From contig CP086569.2 in NCBI GenBank assembly GCA_009914755.4, positions 7,488,001 through 7,552,000 on the forward strand: a DNA stretch of 64,000 nucleotides, in the 5' to 3' direction. The notes beneath the pieces are model-generated. The model was given only the letters and a program-made list of their open reading frames with translations, was not told where the DNA came from and did not search any database. Positions within the stretch are counted from its first letter, which is position 1, and each line of letters starts with the position of its first letter. Shown piece after piece: positions 10,685-24,199 of this stretch. The DNA is from the human T2T-CHM13v2.0 reference genome, Homo sapiens. Position numbers and translations under genes: made by a program.

Positions 10685-13438
10685 GCAAGTAAACTAGAAA
10701 ATCTGGAAGAAATCGATAAATTCCTGGACACATACACCCTCTCAAGACTAAAACAGGAAGAAGTTGAATCCCTGAATAGACCACCAACAGGGTCTGAAAT
10801 TGAGGCAATAATTAATTGCCTAACAACCTAAAAAAGTCCAGGACCAGATGGATTCACAGCCAAATTCTATGCGACATACAAGGAGGAGCTAGTACCATTC
10901 TTTCTGAAACTATTACCATCAATGGAAAAGGAAAGAATCCTCCCTAACTCAGTTTATGAGGCCAGCGTCATCCTGATACCAAAGCCAGGCAGAGACACAA
11001 CAAAGAAAGAATTTTAGACCAATATCCCTGATGAAAATTGATGCGAAAATCCTCAATTAAGTACAGGCAAGCTGAATCCAGCAGCACATCAAAAAGCTTA
11101 TCCATGATGATCAAGTGGGCTTCATCCCTGGGATGCAAGGCTGCTTCAACATATGCAAATAAATAAACATAATACAACATATAAACAGAACCAAAGACAA
11201 AAACCACAATGTCTCAATAGATGCAGAAAAGACCTTTGACAAAATTCAACAGCCCTTCATGCTAAAATCTCTCAATTAATTAGATATTGATGGGATGTAT
11301 CTCAAAATAATAAGAGCTATTTATAACAAACACACAGCCAATATCATACTGAATGAGCAAAAACTGGAAGCATTCCCTTTGAAAACTGGCACACGACAGG
11401 GATGCCCTATCTCCCCACTCCTATTCAACGTAGTGTTGGAAGTTCTGGCCAGGGCAATAAGGCAGGAGAAAGAAATAAAGGGTATTCAATTAGAAAAAGA
11501 AGAAGTCAAATTTTCCCTGTTTGCAGATGACATGATTGAATATTTAGAAAAACCCTTTGTCTCAGCCCAAAATCTCTTTAAGCTGATAAGCAACTTGAGC
11601 AACATCTCAGGATACAAAGTCAATATGCAAAAATCTCAAGCATTCTTATACATCAAGAACAGACAAACAGAGAGCCAAATCATGAGTGAAATCCCAGTCA
11701 CGATTGCTTCAAAGAGAAGAAAATACCTAGGAATCCAACTTACAAAGGATATGGAGGACCTCTTTAAGGAGAACTACAAACCACTGCCCAATGAAATAGA
11801 AGAGGACACAAAAAGTGGTCGAACGTTCCATGCTCATGGATAGGAAGAATCAATATCATGAAAATGTCCATACTGCCCAAGGTAATTTATAGATTCAATT
11901 CCATCCCCATCAACCTACTAAGGACTTTCTTCACAGAATTGGAAAAAACTACTTTAAAGTTCATATGGTACCAAAAAGGAGCCCATATTGCCAAGATAAT
12001 CCTAAGCAAAAGGAACAAAGCTGGAGGCATCACGCTACCTGACATCAAACTATACTACAAGGCTACAGTAACCAAAACAGCTTGGTACCAGTACCAAAAC
12101 AGAGATATAGACCAATGGAACAGAACAGAGCCCTCAGAAATAATACCACACATCTACAACCATCTGATCTTAGACAAACCTGACATAAACAAGAAATGGG
12201 GAAAAGATTCCCCATTTAATAAATGTGCTGAGAAAACTGGCTAGCCATATGTAGAAAGCTGAAACTGTGTCCCTTCCTTACATCTTGTAAAAAACTAGTT
12301 CAAGATGTATTAAGGACTTAAATGTTAGACCTAAAACCATGAAAACCCTGGAGGAAAACCTAGGCAATAACATTCACGACATAGGCATGGGAAAGGACTT
12401 CATGTCTAAAACACCAAAAGCAATGGCAACAAAAGCCAAAATTGACAAATGGGATCTCATTAAACTAAAGTGCTTCTGCACAGCAAAAGAAACTACCATC
12501 AGAGTGAACAGGCAGCATAAAGAATGGAAGAAAAATTTTGCATTCTACTCATCTGACAAAGGGCAATATCCAGAATCTACAAAGAACACAAACAAATTTA
12601 TAAGAAAAAAAAAGAACCCCATAAAAAAGTGGGTGAAGGATATGAACAGACACTTCTCAAAAGAAGACATTTATGCAGCCAACAGACACATGAAAAAATG
12701 CTCATCATCATTGGCCATCAGAGAAATGCAAATCAAAACCACAATGAGATACCATCTCACACCAGTTAGAATGGTTATTATTGAAAAGTCAGGAAACAAC
12801 ATGTGCTGGAGAGGATGTGGAAAAATAGGAACAGTTTTACACCGTTGGTGAGACTAGAAACTGGTTCAACCATTGTGGAAGACAGTGTGGTGATTCCTCA
12901 AGGATCTAGAACTAGGAATACCATTTGACCCAGCCATCCCATTACTGGGTATATACACAAAGGATTATAAATCATGCTGCTACAAAGACATATGCACACT
13001 TAACGTTTATTGTGACACTATTCACAATAGCAAAGACTTGGAACCAATCAAAATGTCCATCAATGATAGTCTGGATTAAGAAAATGTGTCACATATACAC
13101 CATGGAATACTATTCAGCCTAAAAAATGATGAGTGTGTGTCTTTTGTAGGGACGTGGATGAAGCTGGAAACCATCATTCTCAGCAAACTATTGCAAGGAC
13201 AAAAAACCAAACACCAGATATTCTCACTCATAGGTGGGAATTGAAAAAATGAGAACATCTGGACACAGGAAGGGAAACATCACAACTGGGGCCTGTTGTG
13301 GGATGAGGGGAAGGGGGAGGGATAGCATTAGGAGATATACCTAATGTAAATGATGAGTTATTGGGTGCAGCAGACCAAAATTGCACATGTATACATACGT
13401 ACCAAACCTGCACGTTGTGCACAAGTACCCTAGAACTT
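10685..13438 (+). mobile_element. L1 (L1PA-like) direct 3' segment: ORF2 from about aa 331 (ASKLENLEE..) through RT, the C-terminus and the 3' UTR
   Basis: Plus-strand ORFs 10643..10831, 11295..11843 (RT: ..[10 protein letters not shown]..), 11858..12244, 12339..12851 and 12925..13122 are colinear with L1 ORF2. The 3' UTR is typical (..acctgcacgttgtgcacaagtaccctagaacttaaaat..). Confidence 0.9.
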
Positions 13439-13480
13439 AAAATATAACAATAAATAAATAATAAAAATAAAAATAAAAAT
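13439..13480 (+). repeat. L1 poly-A tail, (A-rich, AATAA/AAAAT units)
   Basis: aaaatataacaataaataaataataaaaataaaaataaaaat lies directly after the L1 3' UTR. Confidence 0.85.
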
Positions 13481-13494
13481 CACAAAATTCATAC
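13479..13494. other. Right target-site duplication candidate of the L1 insertion
   Basis: It directly follows the poly-A tail and matches the left copy. Confidence 0.6.
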
Positions 13495-13865
13495 TTCAAA
13501 CAAACACTAGTCTTACTGAGTTTTACTACTTGCAGAAGGTGGGTTGGCATAGAACATGATGGACCATAGCCACTTTTTATATATCACCCAATTGCCCATA
13601 ATAAACCCAGAATTTAAGGCTGATCCTGTCAGTTCCTAAGAAGACAATCTTGACACGCACACAATTTTCCATTAAGATTGTTTCCCACTTCTACCTTCTA
13701 GTAATGTCTGTCAGCCCTACACTTCTGAGAATCCAGGACAGCAGGGCACAAGTAAAATCTCCTTGAATTATAACAAATGTTTGGTTTGTTCTTCCATATA
13801 ACACAGCTTTTCTATCCTCAGAAACAATAAGTTGAAAATGTGTTGTGTCAAGATATAGAATCAAG

Positions 13866-14170
13866 TCTGGGAATGGTGGCTCATGCCTGTAATGCCAGCA
13901 TTTTGTGAGGTCAAGGCAGGAAGATCACAAGGTCAATATATCCAAAACATGCTGACTCACATGGTAAAACCCCATCTCTACTAAACATACAAAAATGTAG
14001 TCAGGCATGAAAACCCCTTCCTGTAGTCCCAGCTACTTGGGAGGCTGACCCAGGGGAGTCACTTGAACCCAGGAGGTGGAGGTTTCAGTGAGCCAAGATC
14101 ATGCCATTGTGCTCCAGCCTGGGTGACATAGTGAGATTCTATATCAAAAAGTAAGTAAATAAATAAATCT
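13866..14170 (+). mobile_element. Alu element (older subfamily), + orientation
   Basis: gggaatggtggctcatgcctgtaatgccagcattttgtgaggtcaaggcagg.. runs to a right-arm end ..ccagcctgggtgacatagtgagattc and an A-rich tail. Confidence 0.85.
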
Positions 14171-14925
14171 AGAATCAAGTCTACATGAAAAGGATTGATA
14201 ATTCCGTCTAAGCCAGAATTTAGAGAAGGAAGACAAAAACTGTACTTTGTTAATCAAAATGAATAGAATTCTGACCATGCATGTGGTAAATAATATTAAC
14301 ATGTGTCAGCCATTTCAAGTTTGACTGGATAGACTTGTGCACTACCTCTCTCCATAGATGTTTAAATGTAGAAACATAATCTGAAAATTTTAGGATGATT
14401 TCATTTAGTTTTGCTAAAATGTCCATCTCTTAATCTTGTTTCAACTTTGAGATGTGGTCTTGCAGCATTGGTACAATTATGCTCTCTTCATATGCAAAAT
14501 TAATGTCATTTTTTACTATAGATATTTTAAATGTTTCACTTGAGACCACAGTCTAATTTTAAAAAGAATACTTATTTATAATTATGTAGCTTCCTTTACA
14601 TAGTTAGTATTATCTTTGTTTACTTCATGTACATGTCAAAAAAACCTCATGACTTATTAAGAATTCTATTGTTTACTTGAATATATTGGGCCAATAAAAT
14701 TAATAAACTCAATTATGTCATTTTTATAGAGTAAAATAGACAACAACTAAACAAATATTGGCTTATTGGATTAAATAGAATTCTATAATTGAAAAATGTA
14801 AAATGTACAAAATAAATAACATATACACACTATAAAATTACTCACATGTGAAAATTATTTTCTGAAAAGCATTAAATTTTATCTAAGTCACTTTCATAAT
14901 TTCTGAGGGGAGTGTAGAAAGAATG

Positions 14926-15255
14926 CCTTTTTGTTTGTTTGTTTGTTTGTTTGTTTGTTTGTTTGTTTTTTGAGATGAAGTTTCACTTCATTGCCCAGGC
15001 TGGAGTGCAATGGCACCATCTTGGATCACTTTAATGTTTGTCCCCTGAGTTAAAGTGATTCTCCATTACTCAGCCCCCTGAGTAGCTGGGATTACAGGAG
15101 CCCAACATCATGGCCAGATAATTTTTGTAATTTTAGTAGAGACAACGTTTCACCATGTTGGCCAGGCTGGTCTCAAACTCCTGATCTCTGGAGATCTACC
15201 TGGCTTGGCTGCCCAAAGTGCTGGAATTTCAGGCATGAGCCACCAAGTCCAGCCC
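14926..15255 (-). mobile_element. Alu element, - orientation, with a (TTTG)n-modified tail
   Basis: The (gttt)n / poly-T run at 14930-14970 is followed by the reverse complement of an Alu (..gcccaggctggagtgcaatggcacc..cctgagtagctgggattacagg..). Confidence 0.85.
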
Positions 15256-17514
15256 AAAGAGTGTTTTATGAAATTAGATGAAAAAATTATATATTATATT
15301 TAGGGTGAGCAACAGGCAAACATACAAAAAAAGAGAAAAATTTGCAGAAGATTATTCTAAGCCACTAGCAATAACACTTTACATCATGGAGTTTAATACA
15401 AAGCAGAGAAAATAGATTTGCTTTGAAAATCTTTGAAGTTTCTGGTTTGTTGGTAAGATATGAACACTTGTAAAATTATCTGTTTTATTCTAATATTTTT
15501 CTTTTCTTCTCAATGTAAGCAATGATAAACAAATATGATTATTTTCTATCAATTTATTACATGCCTAAAGTTTATTTTACAGTAATATGCTTCTTATATT
15601 TAAATTCATGTAAATCAAAACTAAAGTTCTGTATGTGTTTATCAGAGCAGAGATGTCATATATTTAATAGAACAAAAGTAGGATAAAAGTTGTAAATAGT
15701 TGTTTAGTATTCAGAAACATATAGCTCCATTATACTAATTTATATCTTCATTACCACCATCATAATAAGCTGTAGTTACAAAGAAAACAAAAATATAAGT
15801 TTTAAGAAATATACTTTCCAAATTATTTTAAGTTAAAAAACACTGACAACACAAAAACATTACTAGAGATGTTATTCCCCTGTCCCCAAGTAGCATATTG
15901 TTACCATCTGTTACCTATAGCCTTGGTTAATATGGGATAACTTAACATCGGTGGCAAGATACACATTCAATGTACAATAGCTTTAACATGATAACAACAA
16001 TATTGGTTTATTAAAACAAATAGAGTCCACACATTGTCATTAAAAAGGCATTTTAGAATTCACTTTATTTTGATTACCTTAATTTGCAAATGGTAAATCA
16101 ATTTCCAACTAAAAATCAAATTGTTTCTTTTACTATGCAGAATGTTGCCCTTACCACACTCTTATCATACTGTCATTTATGATACCCAATTAAACCATCC
16201 ACTAAGTTGCCTCTGCACATATAAATTCTTCAAGTATATTAGATTTGGTTTTCCTCATCTTCCATGGAAAAGTATATAAATCTGTCCTTCTAATATAGAA
16301 GAATCTCTCATAACTCTGGTGCAGCAACTATTGACCATGTTCTTTCACATACATTCCAGAAATAAAGATATAACATCAAAGTAAGAGATAAATTACATCA
16401 ATATTTGTTTTTGAAAATACTTATTATTTTCAAAAAATATTAAATTATTTTAATATAAATATAGATTCCCTTTAGGGGAAAGTGATCTAGATTGCTGACT
16501 AGAAAGAGGCAGCTAGACTGCGGAGTTCCCATAGACAGGAATGCAAGGTGTGCATAAATACATAACTTTCAGTGGAAACTTCCAGTTATTTCCATCAGGA
16601 CTAATCAAAGAAGCAACTTAACATAAGAAGAATGGAGTAAAGCAAGACAGGACACTGGGACTCTTGAAAACAACATGGAGGCAGGGAAACTGTCACACCC
16701 AGTAAGGCAGAATGTGAATGTGAGATCCTGGGAACCCATGATTCTTCCACAGATCTTTGCAACCCTCTGGTGAGGTGATCCCCTCATAAACCCACTTCAC
16801 CAAAGCCTTCTGTATAGGACACATAGCTACATGGAGTCTCAGCAGAGCAGCCGCTCAGGATTGTGCAGTGATTCAAAAGCCTTAGATAGATATGTTTCTA
16901 GGCTTCCCAGAAAAAGTAGCTGCAATTCCAGAAAAGAAGGATGCTACAACCCTGTACATACTCATAGGAAAAAGGCAGAATCCAGGGGGCTTAGCAGTGA
17001 TGGTCTGTAGGAAACATTTTCTCAGTGCCTCACAGATGTACTGGCTTTGAATTCCAGCCAATGATTGGTAGAAGCACTGCACCTCCCTGGGATCAAGCAA
17101 TCAGAAAAAGGAGTTGGCCACAATCTTTGCTGCTTGATAAACTTAGCCATTCCAGCCTTCAGACTTCGAGGAGCCCAAGCTTACTAGAAGCACAAAGGAT
17201 CTCTTAGCACAGTACAGGTGCTCTAAAAAGACATGGCCAGACTGCCTGTTAAAGCAGGTCCCCAATCTCCTTCTTCCTCACTGAAAAGTACTTCCCAATG
17301 AGTATCTCCAGCTAACATCACTGGCCCTGTTTCGTAGATGGAATTTTGAAATCTTTTTTGGCTATAGTTCCTAGAGCAAAGAGTGAGCTGCCATTTTTTC
17401 CTGTTTGTGTGACTAAGCTGTTCCTGCCTCCTGGCTTTGGAGGATCCAAATAAACTGTGGATGGAAGTGGTACCTCTGCAAAGCAGAGCTGTTCTACAAA
17501 AATGTGGCTAGACT

Positions 17515-17686
17515 TTCCTTTCCTTTCCTTTCCTTTCCTTTCCTTTCCTTTCCTTTCCTTTCCTTTCCTTTCCTTTCCTTCCCTCCCTCCCTCCCTCCCT
17601 CCCTCCCTTCTTTCTCTTTCTTTCTTTCTTTCCTTCCTTCCTTCCTTCCTTCCTTCCTTCCTTCCTTCCTTCCTTCCTTCCTTCCT

Positions 17687-17732
<46 letters not shown>

Positions 17733-17755
17733 TTCCTTCCTTCCTTCTTTCTTTC
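17515..17755. repeat. Compound polypyrimidine microsatellite (TTCCT)n-(CCCT)n-(TTTC)n-(CCTT)n, about 240 bp
   Basis: Direct reading of the sequence. It abuts the T-tail side of the Alu at 17756. Confidence 0.95.
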
Positions 17756-18036
17756 GAGACAGAGTATTCCCCCTGTTGCCCAGGCTGGAGTGCACTGGGG
17801 CAATCTCAGATTACCACAACCTCTGCCTGCTGGGTTCAAGAAATTCTCCTACCTCAGCCTTCCGACTAGCTGGGATTACAGGCATGTGCCACCACGCCTG
17901 GATAATTGTGTATTTTTAGTAGAGATTCAGTTTCACTATGTTGGTCACGCTGGTCTCTAACTCCCGACTCTGGTTGATCTGCCCACCTCAGCCTCCCAAA
18001 GTGTTGAGATTACAAGCATGAGCTGCTGCACCCAGC
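17756..18036 (-). mobile_element. Alu element, - orientation
   Basis: gagacagagtattccccctgttgcccaggctggagtgcactgg..gggattacaggcatgtgccaccacgcctgg.. Confidence 0.85.
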
Positions 18037-19089
18037 AGACTGCTTTCTTAAGTGGATCCCCAATCACTTTCTTTTCACTGGGGAATACCTTTCAAGAGGC
18101 ATTTCCAGCTACATCCTACAGGTGCTTTTGGGCTGAAAACAGGTTTATACATCCCTGGGATGGAGGTCCCAGAGAAAAGGGCATGCTGCCATTGTTACTT
18201 TTTTGCACATTCACTGGTGATAACTTCAGATGCTGGAAATTCTGAGGTGACTAGATACTGCAGTGGACACCCAGCCTATTGCAGTTGCAGCAGCTCTTCA
18301 CAGAAGTGGACAGACTGTTACATGTGTTTCTGTTCTTATATATTTTCACTGGGTAGGTTCTTCAGGCCTGGGCCACTAGCCAATCATTGCCACAGCTATT
18401 GAGCAAGTAACAACATAAGAACTCCATGGACAGAGCTTCTGGGGGCAACTGCATATATTTATTCACTGTCTCTGCAGTGGAATTGTCCTTGCTGTCCTGA
18501 AACTAATGAAAAATCCAAAACCCTAAGTTCCTTATTCACACCTCAAACAAGCTGCAGCATACCAAAGGAAAGGAGGTCAGTCCATCCTCCATGGGTCCCA
18601 CAGACTCCCCAGTGCTCCTCACCAGACAGTGAGCCCCTAACTTGGCCAAAAGCACAGATTTTCCATCCAGGGCTGACTGCACTGAGGGATTGATCACCTA
18701 CATCTCTCTTAGTTGCAGCCCTTCAGAAGACTGGCATACAGGTGGGGCAGCAAGCCAGCTTGTTGATTTCTAAGGGTTTGGTGCAAGAGCATCTATAGCA
18801 AAATATGGCCAGTGATGGCGAGTTCTCTAGGCTGAACTTTCTCCTATAAGAGATTTTAGCCTGAGGGGAACCATTGGAACTAATTTCTACAGGATGATGT
18901 TGCAAATCAGAAGGGGGTGGTCCAACTGAGGACTCTTTTGCCACCTGGCCTCTCCCAGGGTCGCAGTCTAGCTAAAGCTTCTTACAGGGCAGTCTCAGGT
19001 ACCCTAGAAGCCCATACCATAGCATCAGCCTGGTAATCAATGCTTGGCCCCTGAAGAGCTCCAGGAAGGCAGACACTATCATTGCAGCT

Positions 19090-19143
19090 TACATGTATCT
19101 TCCCCATTCTGCAGCCTACATGTATCTTTCCCATACTGCAGCT
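19090..19143. repeat. Two tandem copies of a 27-bp unit (tacatgtatcttccccattctgcagcc)
   Basis: Direct reading. The two copies differ at 3 positions. Confidence 0.8.
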
Positions 19144-19721
19144 TCCCCTGACACCATGGCAATTCCCCATGTTACTTTGCTGGCACATGTCTGCAAAGGT
19201 GGGTTTGACTTTGCTTGCCCCACCAGCAAATGGGAATGCAGTATGCTTCTACTACCCTCAGGAACTTCTACAGTAGATAAAACTTTGGTAGGCAGAAAGC
19301 CAGAGAGCCTCATCCCTGCTTTTCTGCTAACACTGTGTAACAAAGAGTGTATTCTCCCACTCTCTGAACAATTATTACTTCATGGGCGGGGGGGGGCAAA
19401 AATAAGGCATCATAACCTTCACTGGCCCGCATCCTGCCCAAGCCAACACCACCTTTAGTGCAACAGACCACACAGTCTCCAGCAGGTACAGGTGACTCAC
19501 TCTCAGCTGCTTTGTCTTTGCCACTGAGGTGAATGCCCAAAGACAGGGAGAAACCCCATATCCACTAACTCTCTTCTAAAGCTGTGACACCTTAGTCACA
19601 AAGAGTGGTGGACTCCAAATATCAAGGAGCCAGAAAAGACAGTTGGAGCTCGATACAATTTCCCCAGAGTATGCAGCCTCTGAATTGTGAGCTGAGCATA
19701 GCCCCTCCACCACCAAGAAAA

Positions 19722-20155
19722 AAATCTCCCAGGAACAAAGCTTGTTGGTTGCAAACACCTTATTCCACATCAAATACTCCAGACCATTAAACGGAATAAA
19801 AAAATTCAAAGGTCAACCACCTCAAAGATATACATGGAAACATTAGACAAAATCAGTACAAAAATTTTGAAAACACAAAAAGCCGTAGTGAGTTCTTTCA
19901 TCCAAATGATGAAATTACATTTCCAGTGAGGCCTAAAAATCTCCCAGGAACAAAGCTTGTTGGTTGCAAACACCTTATTCCACATCAAATACTCCAGACC
20001 ATTAAATGGGATAAAAAAATTCAAAGGTCAGCAGCCTCAAAGATATACATGGAAACATTAGACAAAATCAGTACAAAAATTTTGAAAACACAAAAAGTCA
20101 TAGTGACTTCTTTCATCCAAATGATGAAATTACATTTCCAGTGAGGCCTAAGATG
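19722..20155 (+). repeat. Tandem duplication, 2 x 217 bp, about 96% identical, inside the old L1
   Basis: Copy 1 is 19722-19938 and copy 2 is 19939-20155. They share aaaaatctcccaggaacaaagcttgttgg...ccagtgaggcct and differ at 8 positions. It explains the near-duplicate minus ORFs 19576..19809 and 19806..20024. Confidence 0.9.
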
Positions 20156-21008
20156 ACAGAAGTAGAATTCAGAATAAGGAACTTCATTGAGCTACAAATT
20201 TAACTTTCAACCCATTGCAATGAAGGGGAAAAAATGCAGGAATGGATAGAAAAAAACAGCCATTTAGGAGGAAAATATGACCAATCTGATAGAGCTGAAA
20301 AAACACAATACAAAAACTTTATAATTTAATCACAAGTATAAACAGTAGAATAGGCCAAGCAGAGGAAAGAATCTCAGAGCTTCAACACTGGCTTTCTTAA
20401 ATTAGACAAGAAGAGTAAAAACAATAACAATAATAATAATAATAAGGAGGAATGAACAAAACATCTAAGATATAAGATTTATGTAATGAATCCAAATCTG
20501 TGGTCAAAAAGAGTACCTGAAGGGGATGGAGAGAATGAAAACCACTTGAAATACATATTTCTAGATATCATCCATGGAAAGCCAAGTCACCTCTAAATGA
20601 AGGACATCAAACAAATAATAAATCTTTCAGTTGAAATTCTACTTGTCAAAGAGATGAGGGGCCAATATTCAACATTCTTAAGCAAGAATTTTAAACCAAA
20701 ATTTATATCCGATAAAAGTAAGGTTCAGAAATAAAAAAATATATATGATCCTATTCAGTTAAGCAAATGCTGAGGAAATCTTTTACCACAAGACCTGCCT
20801 TTTAAGAGCTTCTAAAGAAAACATTAAATAAGAAAGAGACTATAACCAGTCACTACAAAAACACACTAAAATACATAAATTGCTGACACTATAAAGCAAC
20901 CACATAAATTTGAAAATAGCAAAGATCATAGTGACAAAATGAAATCCATACACATGAATACTAAACTTGAATGAAAATGGGCTAAATTCCCCAATTAAAA
21001 AACAAAGT

Positions 21009-21335
21009 GGTGCCAGGCACGGTGGCTCACACCTGTAATCCCAGCACTTTGGGAGGCCAAGATGGGCAGATCACAGGGTCAGGAGATCAAGACCACTCTG
21101 GCTAACACGGAGAAACCCCGTCTCTACTAAAAATACAAAAAATTAGCCATGAAAATTAGCCAGGTGTGGCAGTGTGTGCCTGTAGTCCCAGCTACTCAGG
21201 AGGCTGATGGAGGAGGATGGCATGAACCCAGAAGGAGGAGCTTCCAGTGAGCTGAGATTGCACCACTGCACTCCAGTCTGGGCAACAGAGCAAGACTCTG
21301 TCTCAAACAAAACAAAACAAAAAAATAAAACAGAG
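21009..21335 (+). mobile_element. Alu element (AluS/Y-like), + orientation, inserted in the old L1
   Basis: ggtgccaggcacggtggctcacacctgtaatcccagcactttgggaggccaagatgggcagatcacagggtcaggagatcaagacc.. runs to an (AAAAC)n/A tail. Confidence 0.9.
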
Positions 21336-21658
21336 TGACAAGCTGAACAAACAGACAAGATCTAATGGTATGCTGTAATCAAGACACCCATCTCAAATAA
21401 CCTCAAATGAAAAGAGAAAAAAAAATCTTCTAAGCAAATAGAAAACAGAATAAAAGCAGAGGTTGCAATCCTAGTTTCTGGCAAAACAGACTTTACATAA
21501 ATATAGGTTTTAAAAAAAGACAAAGAAGGACATTACATAATAGTAAAGGTCTATATATACACACACACCCCCAAAAAAGCACTCAGATTATAAAGCAACT
21601 TCTTAGAGACCCTCGTAGATCATAAGTTAAATGTTCTTCAACAGCCATTACCTTTATG

Positions 21659-22833
<1,175 letters not shown>

Positions 22834-22977
22834 CTACAGTAAGATAAAAAGACCCAGCTAAAAAAAAAAAGAACTACAAATTTCTCCCTCATTAGACCCA
22901 GGTGAATACACTTTGCAAATATATAATTAACCAAAGCACATTAATAAGGTGACAATAAAATATTACAGGCTCTAATT

Positions 22978-23025
22978 CTTTTATATAATTTATATAAATT
23001 TATATAAATTTATATAAATTTATAC
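22978..23025. repeat. (TTTATATAAA)n minisatellite, about 5 copies
   Basis: Direct reading. Confidence 0.9.
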
Positions 23026-23440
23026 TTAACAGTAATATACTCACAAAATGCCTTTGTGAGAACTCTAAGAATCAGGTATAAGTTTGCAGCACCGTAAGTG
23101 AGCAAAATGCAAAAAACCACATAGTAGTTTTAAAAAAGTGTTTTGTATGTACCCACAACAACCATTCTTCATCCTATGATGACTTTAAATATAGACTCCC
23201 AGCTTCCATCTCCCCCATCCAGCAATAAAGTATTGGCACCTCTGTCCATGCTTCTGGGTTTCTGAGACCTTACCATAGGCTAATTTCTATATTCCATGGT
23301 AGCGTTGAAAGGAAAGTTGGTAACTGACAGTTTTGGATATCTAAGATCAAAGATAAATGACTGTTACAAGTGAAGAAAGACTTTAGTATCAAAGACAGAC
23401 AATGGGTATAGCAACTGACAACAGGATTTCAATAAGAAAC

Positions 23441-23735
23441 ATGGGGAATGCTGGGAGTGGTTGCCCACACCTGTAATATTGGCACTTTGGGAGGCTGAGG
23501 CAGGCAGATCACCAGAGGTGAAAAGTTCAAGACCAGCAAGGTAAACATGGTTAAACCTTGTCTCTACTAAAAATACAAAAATTAGATGGGCGTGGTGGCA
23601 GGTTTCTGTAATTCCTGCTACTCAGGAGGCTGAGGCAGGCAAACCGCTTTAACCAAGGAGTTGGAGGTTGCAGTGAGCCCAGACTGTGCCATTACACTCC
23701 AGCCTGTGTAACAGGAGTGAAGCTCCCACTCAAAA
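23441..23735 (+). mobile_element. Alu element, + orientation
   Basis: gctgggagtggttgcccacacctgtaatattggcactttgggaggctgaggcaggcagatcacc...ccagcctgtgtaacaggagtgaagc. Confidence 0.85.
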
Positions 23736-23737
23736 AT

Positions 23738-23769
<32 letters not shown>

Positions 23770-23872
23770 GAAGAAAAGAAAAGAAAAGAAAAGAAAAGAA
23801 AAGAAAAGAAAAGAAAAGAAAAGAAAAGAAATGAAACGAAATGAAACGAAACGAAAAGAAAAGAAGAAAAAA
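23731..23872. repeat. Purine microsatellite (AAAG)n/(AG)n/(GAAAA)n/(GAAAT/GAAAC)n, about 140 bp, derived from Alu A-tails
   Basis: Direct reading. It lies between the A-tail of the + Alu and the T-tail of the - Alu. Confidence 0.95.
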
Positions 23873-23880
23873 CATGGAAA

Positions 23881-24162
<282 letters not shown>

Positions 24163-24199
24163 TAAACTGAAAAACACACAAACTCAGACAAAGCATCCA

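Larger units (their letters stand above)
19560..21651 (+). mobile_element. Ancient L1 (L1M/L1PB-like) 5' fragment: ORF1 and start of the ORF2 endonuclease; carries an Alu insertion; ends abruptly at about 21651
   Basis: ORF1 similarity is present (..AEERISELED.. region, ..NFKPKFISDKSKV.. against NFQPRILYPAKLSF). The ORF2 start (MNTKLNENGLNSPIKNK against MTGSNSHITILTLNINGLNSPIKRHR) and the endonuclease region (..DKEGHYIMVK..) follow. It is truncated on its 3' side within the DFNTPLS region, which is unusual. Confidence 0.7.

Noticed and set aside
17318-17960. ORFs encoding poly-(KKER/KEGR) and poly-(FLSF/PSFL) proteins
   Set aside because: Direct translations of the (TTCCT/CCCT/TTTC/CCTT)n microsatellite on the two strands.
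19090-19143. Two tandem copies of a 27-bp unit
   Set aside because: Real but trivial. It is too short and isolated to interpret beyond a local slippage duplication, so I listed it as a feature only.
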